Source: an uncultured bacterium (GTDB taxonomy: Bacteria > Patescibacteriota > Minisyncoccia > Minisyncoccales > UBA5738). From it: a stretch of DNA of 64,000 nt. The position numbers were made by a program, and so were the translations under genes. Position 1 is the stretch's first letter. Each line of letters opens with the position of its first letter. The DNA lies in the NCBI GenBank assembly GCA_903847095.1, contig CAINCQ010000024.1:126618-190617 (forward strand). Reading direction: 5' to 3'. Below the pieces are notes generated by a model. The model had not been told where the DNA came from, made no database searches, and saw only the letters and a program-made list of their open reading frames with translations. Shown here one piece after another: positions 29,815-39,066 of this stretch.

Positions 29815-30447
29815 TTAATTACTAATTTCCACCAACACTTCGCTACGGTTCATCCATGGCGGAGTCCAAGGAGCGTTGTATCCTGCGTATGCGGTGCTTC
29901 CTTGCACCATTACTCCGTCGCGAGCAAGAGTTGAGAGCAATTTTTTTTGCATTTTTTTCACCCGCGTATCTGAGTGATACCATGAGAATCGCAGTACTGC
30001 ATATTTCTTAGTAGGAATCATCACAATTTTCACTCTTGGATCATTTGGTGTTGGCAGTGTCTCCATAGTATAGGAGCGAGGCATACCAAAAGATATGATC
30101 TGTGAATTACCCTCGGATGTCGCCATTACGGGGGCGGTCATGGCAATACTTTCTGATGTTTTGTCGTTTTTTTGCGCGACGACCGGAGCAGTCATGGCGA
30201 TACTTTCTTTTTTTGTATTCCCTCCGAAAATATATCCAGCTACAATACTAAAACCTTTTTCCATCGATTTTTCATAAGAACCCTGCACGGTCGTCTGCGC
30301 CACGATATGCGCCGGATATTCCCGTATTTCATATCCATTCATTTTCTTTACCACGGTATAGTCAGCTTGCTCAACGCGAGAACCAAAGAATCCCCAAACA
30401 GACCAAAGCGCAGCAATGACGACGAGAACGATAAGTATATTAATCAT
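29815..30447 (-). CDS. SOUL heme-binding family protein
   Basis: YEIREYPAHIVAQTTV... and SFGMP... are typical SOUL/HBP; N-terminal TM or signal; internal 17-aa tandem duplication. Confidence 0.6.
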   Translation of the reverse strand: MINILIVLVVIAALWSVWGFFGSRVEQADYTVVKKMNGYEIREYPAHIVAQTTVQGSYEKSMEKGFSIVAGYIFGGNTKKESIAMTAPVVAQKNDKTSESIAMTAPVMATSEGNSQIISFGMPRSYTMETLPTPNDPRVKIVMIPTKKYAVLRFSWYHSDTRVKKMQKKLLSTLARDGVMVQGSTAYAGYNAPWTPPWMNRSEVLVEISN

Positions 30448-30461
30448 AGTTTTATGAATAA

Positions 30462-30971
30462 TTATAAATAGCTTTCAAACCATATCGCATGACAAGTGTA
30501 GCTACCTTTATTTTTTTGAAGATAATCTTGGTGATAATCTTCGGCTTTATAAAACACTTGGAGCGGTTCAAGCGTTGTTGCGACGGGGTCTTTCCACCGT
30601 TTGGATTTGTTTACGATCTGAATAAAATCTTCACCTTCTTTTTTCTCCTCTTCATTTCCATAAAAAATAGCGGATCGATAGGATGTTCCTCTATCATTTC
30701 CTTGCTGATTTAGAGTAGTTGGATTATGAATCTGAAAGAAAAAATCTAAGAGCTTTTTGTATGATGTTTTTGTCGGGTCATATTCAATTTCTACCGCCTC
30801 GGCGTGACCCGGGTGATTTTCGTAGGTCGGATTATCGTTTGCGCCGCCAGTGTAGCCGACTTCTGTGTTCAACACCCCAGGTTGATTTCTAATAAGAGAT
30901 TCAATCCCCCAGAAACAGCCTCCCGCAAGCACGATTTTCTTATTCATATTATTTATCATTGAAATCTTCAA
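30462..30971 (-). CDS. msrA: Peptide-methionine (S)-S-oxide reductase MsrA
   Basis: active-site GCFWG motif. Confidence 0.9.
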   Translation of the reverse strand: MKISMINNMNKKIVLAGGCFWGIESLIRNQPGVLNTEVGYTGGANDNPTYENHPGHAEAVEIEYDPTKTSYKKLLDFFFQIHNPTTLNQQGNDRGTSYRSAIFYGNEEEKKEGEDFIQIVNKSKRWKDPVATTLEPLQVFYKAEDYHQDYLQKNKGSYTCHAIWFESYL

Positions 30972-31344
30972 AGCAGGCCGAATTCATACAGTACCTTTTT
31001 CCCGTTTTCGTCGGACCGTCATCGAACATATGACCAAGATGTGAATTGCAAACCGCGCAGACGGTCTCAATTCTCTTCATGTTCCCGGAGTTATCCTCTA
31101 TATTTTTTACCGCTCCGGGAAGTGTCTCGTCAAAGCTTGGCCAGCCGGTGCCCGAGTCAAACTTTGCTTCCGCCTTAAAGAGCGGATTGCCACAGGCGGC
31201 ACATTTGTAAAAGCCGTCTTTGTCAGGATGAATAAGCTTCCCGGAAAAAGCAGCTTCCGTGCCTTTTTGTCGAAGGACAGCATACTGCTCTGCTGTCAAC
31301 TTCCTCTTAAATTCTTCTTCGTTTTTTGGTATGCCAGAGTTCAT
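30949..31344 (-). CDS. msrB: Peptide-methionine (R)-S-oxide reductase MsrB
   Basis: CxxC...CxxC zinc motifs and the SelR domain (GWPSF, RxExxCxxCxxHLGHVF). Confidence 0.9.
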   Translation of the reverse strand: MNSGIPKNEEEFKRKLTAEQYAVLRQKGTEAAFSGKLIHPDKDGFYKCAACGNPLFKAEAKFDSGTGWPSFDETLPGAVKNIEDNSGNMKRIETVCAVCNSHLGHMFDDGPTKTGKRYCMNSACFEDFNDK

Positions 31345-31469
31345 TTATTTTCCTGTTTTTTTGATTATCGTCTTTGCATAACCTTTGACAATTCATTGCA
31401 GTCGTTTACCCACCCTCGTGCCAAGGGGTTATGTGAGCGGTTTCCATTTACGATTTCACAAAAGAAAAT

Positions 31470-31558
31470 TGGCGGAGGGGGCGGGAATCGAACCCACGGA
31501 CAGCTTTAAGACCGTCAGAGGTTAGCAACCTCTTGCAATGCCATTATGCGACCCCTCC
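31470..31558 (-). tRNA. tRNA-Ser (anticodon GCU), long variable arm, CCA encoded
   Basis: reverse complement GGAGGGGTCGCATAATGGCATTGCAAGAGGTTGCTAACCTCTGACGGTCTTAAAGCTGTCCGTGGGTTCGATTCCCGCCCCCTCCGCCA; anticodon loop TTGCTAA; T-loop GGTTCGATTCC. Confidence 0.85.
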
Positions 31559-31662
31559 AAATAGTTAAAAAATGCAAATGGATATTCCAATATTAGCGTT
31601 AAACCGGTCTTGGGTCAATGATTTTTTCCATTTATCGAAACGAGACCGGTACTGGTATTTGC

Positions 31663-31691
31663 TTGACATTTTAATTAAACGATGATATAAA
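31663..31691 (+). promoter_or_regulatory. Sigma-70-like promoter (TTGACA-17-TATAAA)
   Basis: cttgacattttaattaaacgatgatataaaat upstream of the ORF at 31712. Confidence 0.45.
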
Positions 31692-31711
31692 ATAAACGGT
31701 GGAATACATCC

Positions 31712-31993
31712 ATGATATCGGGAAAAGATGGGAATCGCTATGATTTTAAGATAATCAAAAAAGCGAGCTTGAAAGACGGAAAATTAGTGATCATTGTGAA
31801 CGGCCTTGAAGGCGTTTCGGAGATTCGGCTAAACGAACCGAGCAAAAAGGATATAGAAAAGTTTATGGCCGGAAAACCGATCATCGTAATTACGAGAGGG
31901 CTCTTTGAGGTCGTTGGCTTAGTGGAAGTGCTGATGGGGCACACAAGATTAGATTATTCGTGCGAAGGAATTAAGATAGAGCCCGTTGATTGA
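31712..31993 (+). CDS. Hypothetical protein
   Basis: 93-aa ORF between a promoter and a terminator. Confidence 0.4.
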   Translation: MISGKDGNRYDFKIIKKASLKDGKLVIIVNGLEGVSEIRLNEPSKKDIEKFMAGKPIIVITRGLFEVVGLVEVLMGHTRLDYSCEGIKIEPVD

Positions 31994-32011
31994 ATCTTGG
32001 ATTGAAGCTTT

Positions 32012-32040
32012 GACCTGCCTTTAGGCGGGTTTTCTTTTTT
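32012..32040 (+). terminator. Rho-independent terminator
   Basis: acctgcctttaggcgggttttctttttt. Confidence 0.55.
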
Positions 32041-32175
32041 CTTTTTGACTTTTTGTGAAAAAATGCTATAATCTATAGCATAAACCCGAAGAAAGACGTA
32101 TTATATTGTTGAGTTTTAGGGTAAGAAAATAGGGACGAAAAGGAGGAATGCGATACGAAAATAGGAGTAAGCGCT

Positions 32176-33000
32176 ATGGTGGGCATTCCTGCCTACCGGG
32201 ATAGATACCTGTTGTTCCTGGGTGTTTCCAGGGCTTCCCTCGCGAACCTGGGCTATACCCAAAAAACCGCGAAGAATTACGGTTTAAAGTGGGTGGAACT
32301 GGCGTTCCCCTGGCCTTATGGGAGTGTTGCGGACTTTGACCAGCTTGTTGACCGCAAAGTGGACGAGATGATGGCAAAATTAAACATCACCGTCCATCTG
32401 CCCATGGCCCCCATTTATACCGACGAGGGGTTCGCCGAAATCTTGGCTGGATTGGAGTACGCCAGGATTCACGATGCCAAGCAGGTCGTGGTCCATTGCG
32501 CGGATTACGAGCGGGGTTGGTTTGGGAGAAAAATCGCTTCCAAGCTGAGCCCGGCGGAAATCCGGGAAAGATCTTTAGCCAATCTGGAAAAGATCATTCT
32601 TGATCCCCGATATGCCGATATGACGATCGGGATCGAGAATATGGCCGGAGACGATGTGCCGGAATTCGCCAAAACTCCGGAAGGATTCGCCCGTCTTTTC
32701 CGGAAGGACGCGAACAGGATAGTCGGTTGGTGCCTGGATATCGCCCACGCGGTGAACGCCGGGATCGATATCCTGGCGATGCTTGAGAAATACGGCGAGT
32801 ATCTGGTGGAGGTTCATCTGGCCGACACCAAGATCATCGAGGGACCGGACAAGCACTGTGCTCTCGGAGAGGGAAAGGCAAAGCTTTTAATCATCCTTGC
32901 GGCAGTGAAGAAGTTCGATGTTCCCGTCATCATTGAGGTGGGCAAGAAAGAATTTGCCCCAAGCCACAAATGGTTGACGGAGAACATCGAAAAAATTTAA
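32176..33000 (+). CDS. Sugar phosphate isomerase/epimerase (xylose isomerase-like TIM barrel) family protein
   Basis: IGIEN and HLADT metal-ligand motifs of the AP-endonuclease 2/xylose isomerase-like TIM barrel fold. Confidence 0.5.
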   Translation: MVGIPAYRDRYLLFLGVSRASLANLGYTQKTAKNYGLKWVELAFPWPYGSVADFDQLVDRKVDEMMAKLNITVHLPMAPIYTDEGFAEILAGLEYARIHDAKQVVVHCADYERGWFGRKIASKLSPAEIRERSLANLEKIILDPRYADMTIGIENMAGDDVPEFAKTPEGFARLFRKDANRIVGWCLDIAHAVNAGIDILAMLEKYGEYLVEVHLADTKIIEGPDKHCALGEGKAKLLIILAAVKKFDVPVIIEVGKKEFAPSHKWLTENIEKI

Positions 33001-33003
33001 AAG

Positions 33004-33032
33004 ACCTCGCGGAAAAACCGCGAGCTTTTTTC
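33004..33032 (+). terminator. Rho-independent terminator
   Basis: cctcgcggaaaaaccgcgagcttttttc. Confidence 0.6.
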
Positions 33033-33124
33033 TTGACGTCTTTCAATGGAAGTACTTTAATTGCTTTAAAGGTGCCTGGCTGTTCGCCGGGGTGATTTGC
33101 GCGCAACGGATAATAACTATTCTC

Positions 33125-33775
33125 ATGATTAAACTAGTGGTAATTGATTTTGACGATACTCTTACCATGTCCGAGGAGGCTTGTTTTGCGATCGAAAATC
33201 GGATCGTGGAATTGATGGGGTATTCGGCTATGACGAGAGCGGTTCACCGGGGCAATTGGGGGAAGCCGATCAGGGAGGCGATTGTCGAGAGAATTCCGGG
33301 AATCAACGCGGAAAAATTCATGGAGTTGCACCGGGAACTCTGGCCCGGTTTTGTGAAAGCCGGGAATATGGATGTAGCCGATAAAAACATAGAAACATTG
33401 AAATTACTTAAGGACCGCGGTAAAGACTTAGCTATTTTAACGGCTCGTAGTTTGTATACGATTAAGCCCTTATTGGATGAAAACCAGCGCATCGGCAAAT
33501 GGATCGAAAAAATTTACCATCTCGACAATTCGAAGTATCCAAAACCGGACCCAAGGGCTTTCGATCAAATACTTAAAGATTTTGGAGTTAATCCGCAAGA
33601 AACGGTTTATGTCGGCGATTCCATATCAGACGGGATATGCGCCAAAGGAGCGGGGCTTAATTTTATCGCTTCACTCGAAAGCGGTTTAAGAACAAAAAAC
33701 GATTTTGAATCGGTCGCGGTGGATTTTTTTGCCGATACTTTTTCCGACATTCTTGATTATTTTACAGAATACTGA
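33125..33775 (+). CDS. HAD superfamily hydrolase
   Basis: motif I at the N-terminus (VVIDFDDTL), motif III/IV region (VYVGDSISDGICAKGAG). Confidence 0.7.
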   Translation: MIKLVVIDFDDTLTMSEEACFAIENRIVELMGYSAMTRAVHRGNWGKPIREAIVERIPGINAEKFMELHRELWPGFVKAGNMDVADKNIETLKLLKDRGKDLAILTARSLYTIKPLLDENQRIGKWIEKIYHLDNSKYPKPDPRAFDQILKDFGVNPQETVYVGDSISDGICAKGAGLNFIASLESGLRTKNDFESVAVDFFADTFSDILDYFTEY

Positions 33776-33894
33776 TTATTATCGAATAAGGAAAAATCAA
33801 TAATTTAGCGCTGCTTTGAATAACAAAAAGCCTTATCGCGCGATAAGACCCTTTGTTACTCATTTTATCCTATAAAATAAAACCATTTTGACAA

Positions 33895-34443
33895 TTAGTT
33901 GACGGTGGGAGCTAAAGCCGATCCGGATTTTTGACCTTTGCAGCCAAAACGGCCAAGGGAGATCGAGGTCGCGGTAACGTTGGTACCGCTGGTTGTTCCC
34001 TGCACGAATATTTTGTCGCCAACTTTAAGAGCCGAGAGATCGGCGGCAGCGCCGTTATTGGTTATCGTGGCGTTGCCGGCATTCACGGTATAGATAGCGC
34101 CGCCTTCATCGGCCTCTTCTTGCATGGTAATGGTTGTGCCATCAATAGCTGTGACAGCGCCATCGCCGCCGAGCGGGGCATGGCTTTTGGTTTTAGCATC
34201 AGGCGTTGTCGCTGTTCCGGTTGTTGCGCCAGCCGCAGTGTCCGTATCGCCGGTTTGTGATATAACAGCTGCTGTCGGGTTTGCGGTCGTCACGGACCCG
34301 GCAGTGGCGTCCGCAGCATGGGTTTGTATGGCTATGGCTCCCGCTATTCCGCTGATAAGCCCTAAACCAACCAACAACATTGCGTTTTGTTTTATGTTCT
34401 GCATATTTTTTTCGTTAATTTTTTTATTTGATCTTATTTCCAA
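33895..34443 (-). CDS. Hypothetical secreted Thr/Ala/Gly-rich protein
   Basis: signal/TM (LLVGLGLISGIAGAIA) then a low-complexity T/A/G-rich region and a beta-rich C-terminal domain. Confidence 0.4.
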   Translation of the reverse strand: MEIRSNKKINEKNMQNIKQNAMLLVGLGLISGIAGAIAIQTHAADATAGSVTTANPTAAVISQTGDTDTAAGATTGTATTPDAKTKSHAPLGGDGAVTAIDGTTITMQEEADEGGAIYTVNAGNATITNNGAAADLSALKVGDKIFVQGTTSGTNVTATSISLGRFGCKGQKSGSALAPTVN

Positions 34444-34710
34444 GCCGACCTTATGTTTTGGATACCTATTACTACAAGCCCAATATTCAAAAATTTCAGT
34501 TTATGGTCAAATGGTTTCCCGAAAAGGCGGCAAACAGAGGCAACTTCCGTTTGCATCGGGGTATAAAAAAATTATTTCCGGTGAGGAAATAATTCTATTG
34601 ACCGATCTGAAAAATTCTTGGTATTCGACCGGGCCGTTGGTGGCGATTGTCAACCGCACACCGGGTTTTGATGGCGGCCGGGACGAGCGCATCCCATGCG
34701 CAATGGGGTT

Positions 34711-36234
34711 TTATTCTATCATTAATTCGACTTTTTGTTGTTGGTGTCCGGTTTTGATCCAGAGGGCGGTGATAGCGCCGACGAGCAAAAAGATCGCGGC
34801 AGTGGTATAAACGGCGCCGTAAGCGGCGACTTGGGCTTTTAATTCCATAAGAGCTATCGCTTGGCCGTAGCCAGCTTTGTCGATAATGTTTACGGTGCTG
34901 TAGCGGGTAATCGCCATTAGTTTATTTTCGGTTCCGTTGCTAAGGATGGTGGTGAACAAGGCTATGCCGAAAGCGCCGGCAATATTGCGTACCAAAGCCA
35001 AAATCGAAGAAGCGATGCCGATTTCTTGTATGGGAACCGCGGAAGCGATGACGTTCGTCCGTTGCGCCATTCCAAAGCCCATGCCAAAAGCCATGACCAT
35101 CAAAGGTATTATGATGTCTAGCGCCGTTGACCTTGGGTCCAAAAAAGAGAACATATAAATTCCGATCGCGGCGACCAGGGTGCTTAAAGCGATAACATAA
35201 CGCGGTTGGATTTTGCCGGTAAGCGAAGCGCCAAGCGGAGCCGCCGCAAGCATCATAACCGCCATAGGGATGAAAAGATAACCGGTTTGCGTCGCGCCGT
35301 ATCCGAGAAAGGTGGAGGCAAAAATAGGAATGAGCAAAATTCCGCCCATCATGGCCATAAAAACGACGAAGTTATTAAGCAGGGTATTCACGAAAACCAT
35401 ATTCTTAAAAAATTTAAAATCAACTATGGGGTCCGGATGTTTTTTTTCGATGAAATAAAAGAAAATCGAAAATATGACCGTAGCGGCGTAGCACAGCAGG
35501 CTGTTGTCGGAGCTCCATCCCCATTCATATCCTTTATCCAGTACCAGTACCAACGATGAGAGCGCGAAGCCCAGCATGACCGCGCCCCAGACGTCAAAGT
35601 TCACTGTTTTCTTTTCCGATGTCGATTCCTTGATGAATTTCCAGGCCATAAAAAGGCCGATTAAGCCGATGGGCAAATTTATCAAAAAAATGGAACGCCA
35701 GCCAAAATTGTCTATCAGCGGCCCGCCGATAAGAGGTCCGAAAACCGCGGCGGCGGCGAACGCCGAGGACCAGATTCCCATTGCTTGGGCGCGTCTTTTC
35801 CCGTGCGGGAAGGTTAGGGCAAGAATGGCCATTGCCGACGGATAATCCGCGGAAACCGCGATTGCCTGGATTATCCTGAATACGATCATTGAGGGAAAAT
35901 TCCATGATAATCCGGCCAAAACCGATCCGACGATAAAGATGATAAAACCAGCCAGGTACACTTTTTTGCGTCCGATCGTATCTCCCAGCTTTCCCCAGAT
36001 AGGCACAAATACCGCGTTGGCCAGAATATACGCGGTAGCGATCCAGCCCGCGGTTGATACCGTAAGGGAAAAATCATTTATCATTTTTGGCAGTGCCAGA
36101 TTGACGATCGTTGAATCAAGACGGCCTAAAAATGTCCCGATAATGACGGTTAAAAGCACCAGCCACGAACCTCCGTCGTTTTTTACGATATTATTGGTCA
36201 TTGGTATATATCCAGACTTTGGCTGACATACCAT
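34711..36234 (-). CDS. emrB: MFS transporter, DHA2 (EmrB/QacA) family, 14-TM drug:H+ antiporter
   Basis: N-terminal DHA2 signature LVLLTVIIGTFLGRLDSTIVNLALP...; about 14 TM helices; the start may be the internal Met at 36201. Confidence 0.8.
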   Translation of the reverse strand: MVCQPKSGYIPMTNNIVKNDGGSWLVLLTVIIGTFLGRLDSTIVNLALPKMINDFSLTVSTAGWIATAYILANAVFVPIWGKLGDTIGRKKVYLAGFIIFIVGSVLAGLSWNFPSMIVFRIIQAIAVSADYPSAMAILALTFPHGKRRAQAMGIWSSAFAAAAVFGPLIGGPLIDNFGWRSIFLINLPIGLIGLFMAWKFIKESTSEKKTVNFDVWGAVMLGFALSSLVLVLDKGYEWGWSSDNSLLCYAATVIFSIFFYFIEKKHPDPIVDFKFFKNMVFVNTLLNNFVVFMAMMGGILLIPIFASTFLGYGATQTGYLFIPMAVMMLAAAPLGASLTGKIQPRYVIALSTLVAAIGIYMFSFLDPRSTALDIIIPLMVMAFGMGFGMAQRTNVIASAVPIQEIGIASSILALVRNIAGAFGIALFTTILSNGTENKLMAITRYSTVNIIDKAGYGQAIALMELKAQVAAYGAVYTTAAIFLLVGAITALWIKTGHQQQKVELMIE

Positions 36235-36862
36235 TTTTCAATTCGGGATAGATGCCGATATTGAAGCGTATCTTAACGTCGAACTGCGCGGTTTTTCTCT
36301 TGTCGGAAATATTGAACACGATATCTTGAGCGCGGGAAGTGGAACTTACTTCGTCAACCACTCCGCTATATCTTTTTGGTCCGAAGGCGTCGACCGTAAA
36401 TTCGACTCTTTGTCCCGCTTGGATGTTTTTCAATCCTTTGTTTTCGTCTATTTGAGCGATGATACGCAACTCGTCCGGGTTAATTATCGTTACTACGCTT
36501 TCGCCGGCATTAATTATTTTACCGGTATCTTCCGTAGTAGCCACGACCAGTCCCGAAGTTTTTGTTTTTATCAATTGATTGCCTACGCGCGCCACTACCT
36601 CGTTCGAAGCGATAATGTCGCCTTCTTGGACGAAAACTTTTTCCAGGGTTCCGGGATTTGACGGTGCCAAGATAATTTCGGGAGCGAAAACTTGCGCTTT
36701 GTCGGTATATATTCTGTCTTTTGTAACCAGCCAATAGCCATATACCGATACAGCCGCTACGATGGCGAAAAAGGCCAGTCCAAAAAATACGAACGGTTTT
36801 CGTTTTGCTTTATCCGGAATTTGGTTGGTCTGATTTGTTGTTGATTCTTGGGTTGTTTCCAT
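36191..36862 (-). CDS. HlyD/EmrA-like membrane fusion (periplasmic adaptor) protein, short form
   Basis: N-terminal TM, then beta-barrel/lipoyl-like segments (VFVQEGDIIASNEVVARV); within the efflux operon. Confidence 0.55.
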   Translation of the reverse strand: METTQESTTNQTNQIPDKAKRKPFVFFGLAFFAIVAAVSVYGYWLVTKDRIYTDKAQVFAPEIILAPSNPGTLEKVFVQEGDIIASNEVVARVGNQLIKTKTSGLVVATTEDTGKIINAGESVVTIINPDELRIIAQIDENKGLKNIQAGQRVEFTVDAFGPKRYSGVVDEVSSTSRAQDIVFNISDKRKTAQFDVKIRFNIGIYPELKNGMSAKVWIYTNDQ

Positions 36863-36863
36863 T

Positions 36864-38384
36864 TTAATAATTGATTATCGTTTCGCCTTCTTTTAAACCA
36901 GCGATGACCTCGATATAACCATTTTGGCCGGTAATTCCGGTGGTTATTTCCCGTTCTTCGCTTCTTTGGTCATCGATTTTTACCATGACGAAGCTTTTAT
37001 CGTTCTTTTTGATTATCGAGCGGGCGGGGATAGCAACTACGTTATCCCGCTGGCTAACGTCAATATTGACGTTAGCGGTCATTCCCAGTTTTATATCGCC
37101 GATATTTTGATCGAGTTGAAGGGTGATTTTATAGCTTTGGGCCGAGCCTATTTTTTGGGATCCGGGGTCAGTGCCGATAACATGCGCCCCAAAGGTTTTT
37201 CCGCCGATAGCGTCCATTGTCACCGTCGCGGTTTGGCCGGTTTTGATCTTGGCGATATCGGATTCCGCCAGATAAACATCGATTTGCGGACGGGAATTCG
37301 AAAAAATACCGATCAAAGGAATGCCGGCCGACGCGGTCTCGCCGGTCTTCGCGTTTTGCATGCTAACGATGCCATCAATAGGCGAAAAGATCGTTGATTC
37401 GGCGATTTGGTTTTGGATAAAACCAAGCTGGTTTTCGGTATTAGAAACGGCGATTTCCTGTATTTTCACGTTGTCGGGATTAGCGCTCGCCTTTGAACTG
37501 TTATAAATCTGCTTGGACGATAAAATGCCGGCCAAAGTCGAATCAATGGCGATTCGGGAGTTTTGGATGGCCGTTTTGTAAGCGCTATAAACGAGATTAT
37601 CGCTGGCGCTGGTTGAATTGTAAGAATTGATAATAACCGCCAGATCGGTAAGCAAAGACTGGATTTTTCCCAACGAAGTTTCGGCATCGCTTTGGGCTCC
37701 GTCGATATTTTCTTGATCGATATTGCCAAGATCTTTTTCCCATTTATTCATCGAGTCAGTAATATCGCGGCGTTTTTTGTTTAAATCAAAGGACGCTTCA
37801 TAGGGAGCGTTGATCATATAAACTGAATTTCCCTGGGAAACGGTCAAGCCGAACATCGGGTGATCGCTTTCAGGCTGGCTAAAAAACTGGTCTATCGAAG
37901 AACCCATTATTCCATCGGTGGCAATATAAGATTCCTTGATTTTATTGGTCGCGTTTTCCAAGCTATTGTCAATCGCGGTTTTGATTTCCGTTGATCCGCC
38001 GGCGGCGGAATCGGCCGCATTTTCGAGCTGGTTTAATTTGATCCGGGCCCCATCCAAGGAATTTTGGGCTAAACGAAGCTGGATTTCAAGATCGGAAGTA
38101 TCGAGGCTGGCCAAGGCTTGGCCAAGACGCACCGTTTGGCCGATTTTAACGTTGGTGTTGGCAATCTTGCCGCCATGTTCGAACGAAAGGGAAAGATCGT
38201 TTTCGGCTTTAACTTGTCCGCTAGCCGTTACGGTTTCGGTAAGGTCCGCTTTTTTTGCGGTTGCGTAATCAAGCGGTTGCGGGCTGGCATTCGCCCGGCC
38301 AAAATAAATGTAAATGGCGGCCGCTCCGCCGACGATCGCGATCGACAGTACCGCGGTAAATAAGTTTTTTTTGGATATTTTCAT
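36864..38384 (-). CDS. HlyD family periplasmic adaptor protein with an extended coiled-coil
   Basis: N-terminal TM, long alpha-helical hairpin region, C-terminal beta domain (GQTATVTMDAIGGKTFGAHV...). Confidence 0.6.
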   Translation of the reverse strand: MKISKKNLFTAVLSIAIVGGAAAIYIYFGRANASPQPLDYATAKKADLTETVTASGQVKAENDLSLSFEHGGKIANTNVKIGQTVRLGQALASLDTSDLEIQLRLAQNSLDGARIKLNQLENAADSAAGGSTEIKTAIDNSLENATNKIKESYIATDGIMGSSIDQFFSQPESDHPMFGLTVSQGNSVYMINAPYEASFDLNKKRRDITDSMNKWEKDLGNIDQENIDGAQSDAETSLGKIQSLLTDLAVIINSYNSTSASDNLVYSAYKTAIQNSRIAIDSTLAGILSSKQIYNSSKASANPDNVKIQEIAVSNTENQLGFIQNQIAESTIFSPIDGIVSMQNAKTGETASAGIPLIGIFSNSRPQIDVYLAESDIAKIKTGQTATVTMDAIGGKTFGAHVIGTDPGSQKIGSAQSYKITLQLDQNIGDIKLGMTANVNIDVSQRDNVVAIPARSIIKKNDKSFVMVKIDDQRSEEREITTGITGQNGYIEVIAGLKEGETIINY

Positions 38385-38788
38385 GCGATTATTTTATTTA
38401 AAATCGTTCTCAAGTCTTCTTTTTCTTTTTTACTTAATTTGGAAAGAATTTTTTCCATACGCTTGGACAGATCCTTGATCCCGTATTCGTACGCGATTTT
38501 TCCTTTATCGGTCAATACCAGGCGGACGATCCGGCGATCGTTCGCGTCGGGAACGCGGCTGATGTTATCCAATTCCACCAGCCGTTCGATAACCGCGGTT
38601 GCCGAAGGGGAAGTGATGCAAAAATTATCGGCGATATCTTTCATCGTAGGCTCCTTGTTCGAATCGATAAAACTCAGCACTTTTATCTGAAAAAACGAAA
38701 AGTTATGCTTATCTCCGAGCGGGGTTTTTTCGCGCATCAGGCGGCCTATTTTGAATATCAGCGAGATGAGTTGTTCTTGCGTGTTCAT
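38381..38788 (-). CDS. MarR family transcriptional regulator
   Basis: winged-helix region FQIKVLSFIDSNKEPTMKDIADNFCITSPSATAVIERLVEL...DRRIVRLVLTDKG; first gene of the efflux operon. Confidence 0.8.
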   Translation of the reverse strand: MNTQEQLISLIFKIGRLMREKTPLGDKHNFSFFQIKVLSFIDSNKEPTMKDIADNFCITSPSATAVIERLVELDNISRVPDANDRRIVRLVLTDKGKIAYEYGIKDLSKRMEKILSKLSKKEKEDLRTILNKIIA

Positions 38789-39066
38789 TTTTAAGCTCCC
38801 GGTTTTTTTGGAAAATCGGGAATTATTAGATTATCTAACTATTAAACATCAGAAGTATATTCTTGTTTGCCTTTTTTGTCAAACAGAGATGCGGGGTCGG
38901 CCGGGCCGAAGTTTTTTTATGGTTTAAGCCAATGGCAATCGTATCCGGGAAGAATAAAATGGTTTGCGGGTATTTGATCCATACCGGCAAAAATATTCCT
39001 CTTTTTTTAAAATAATATTCATTTGAAAATAAGCGGAAAAAAAGATACATTGGATAAAATAGGTTT

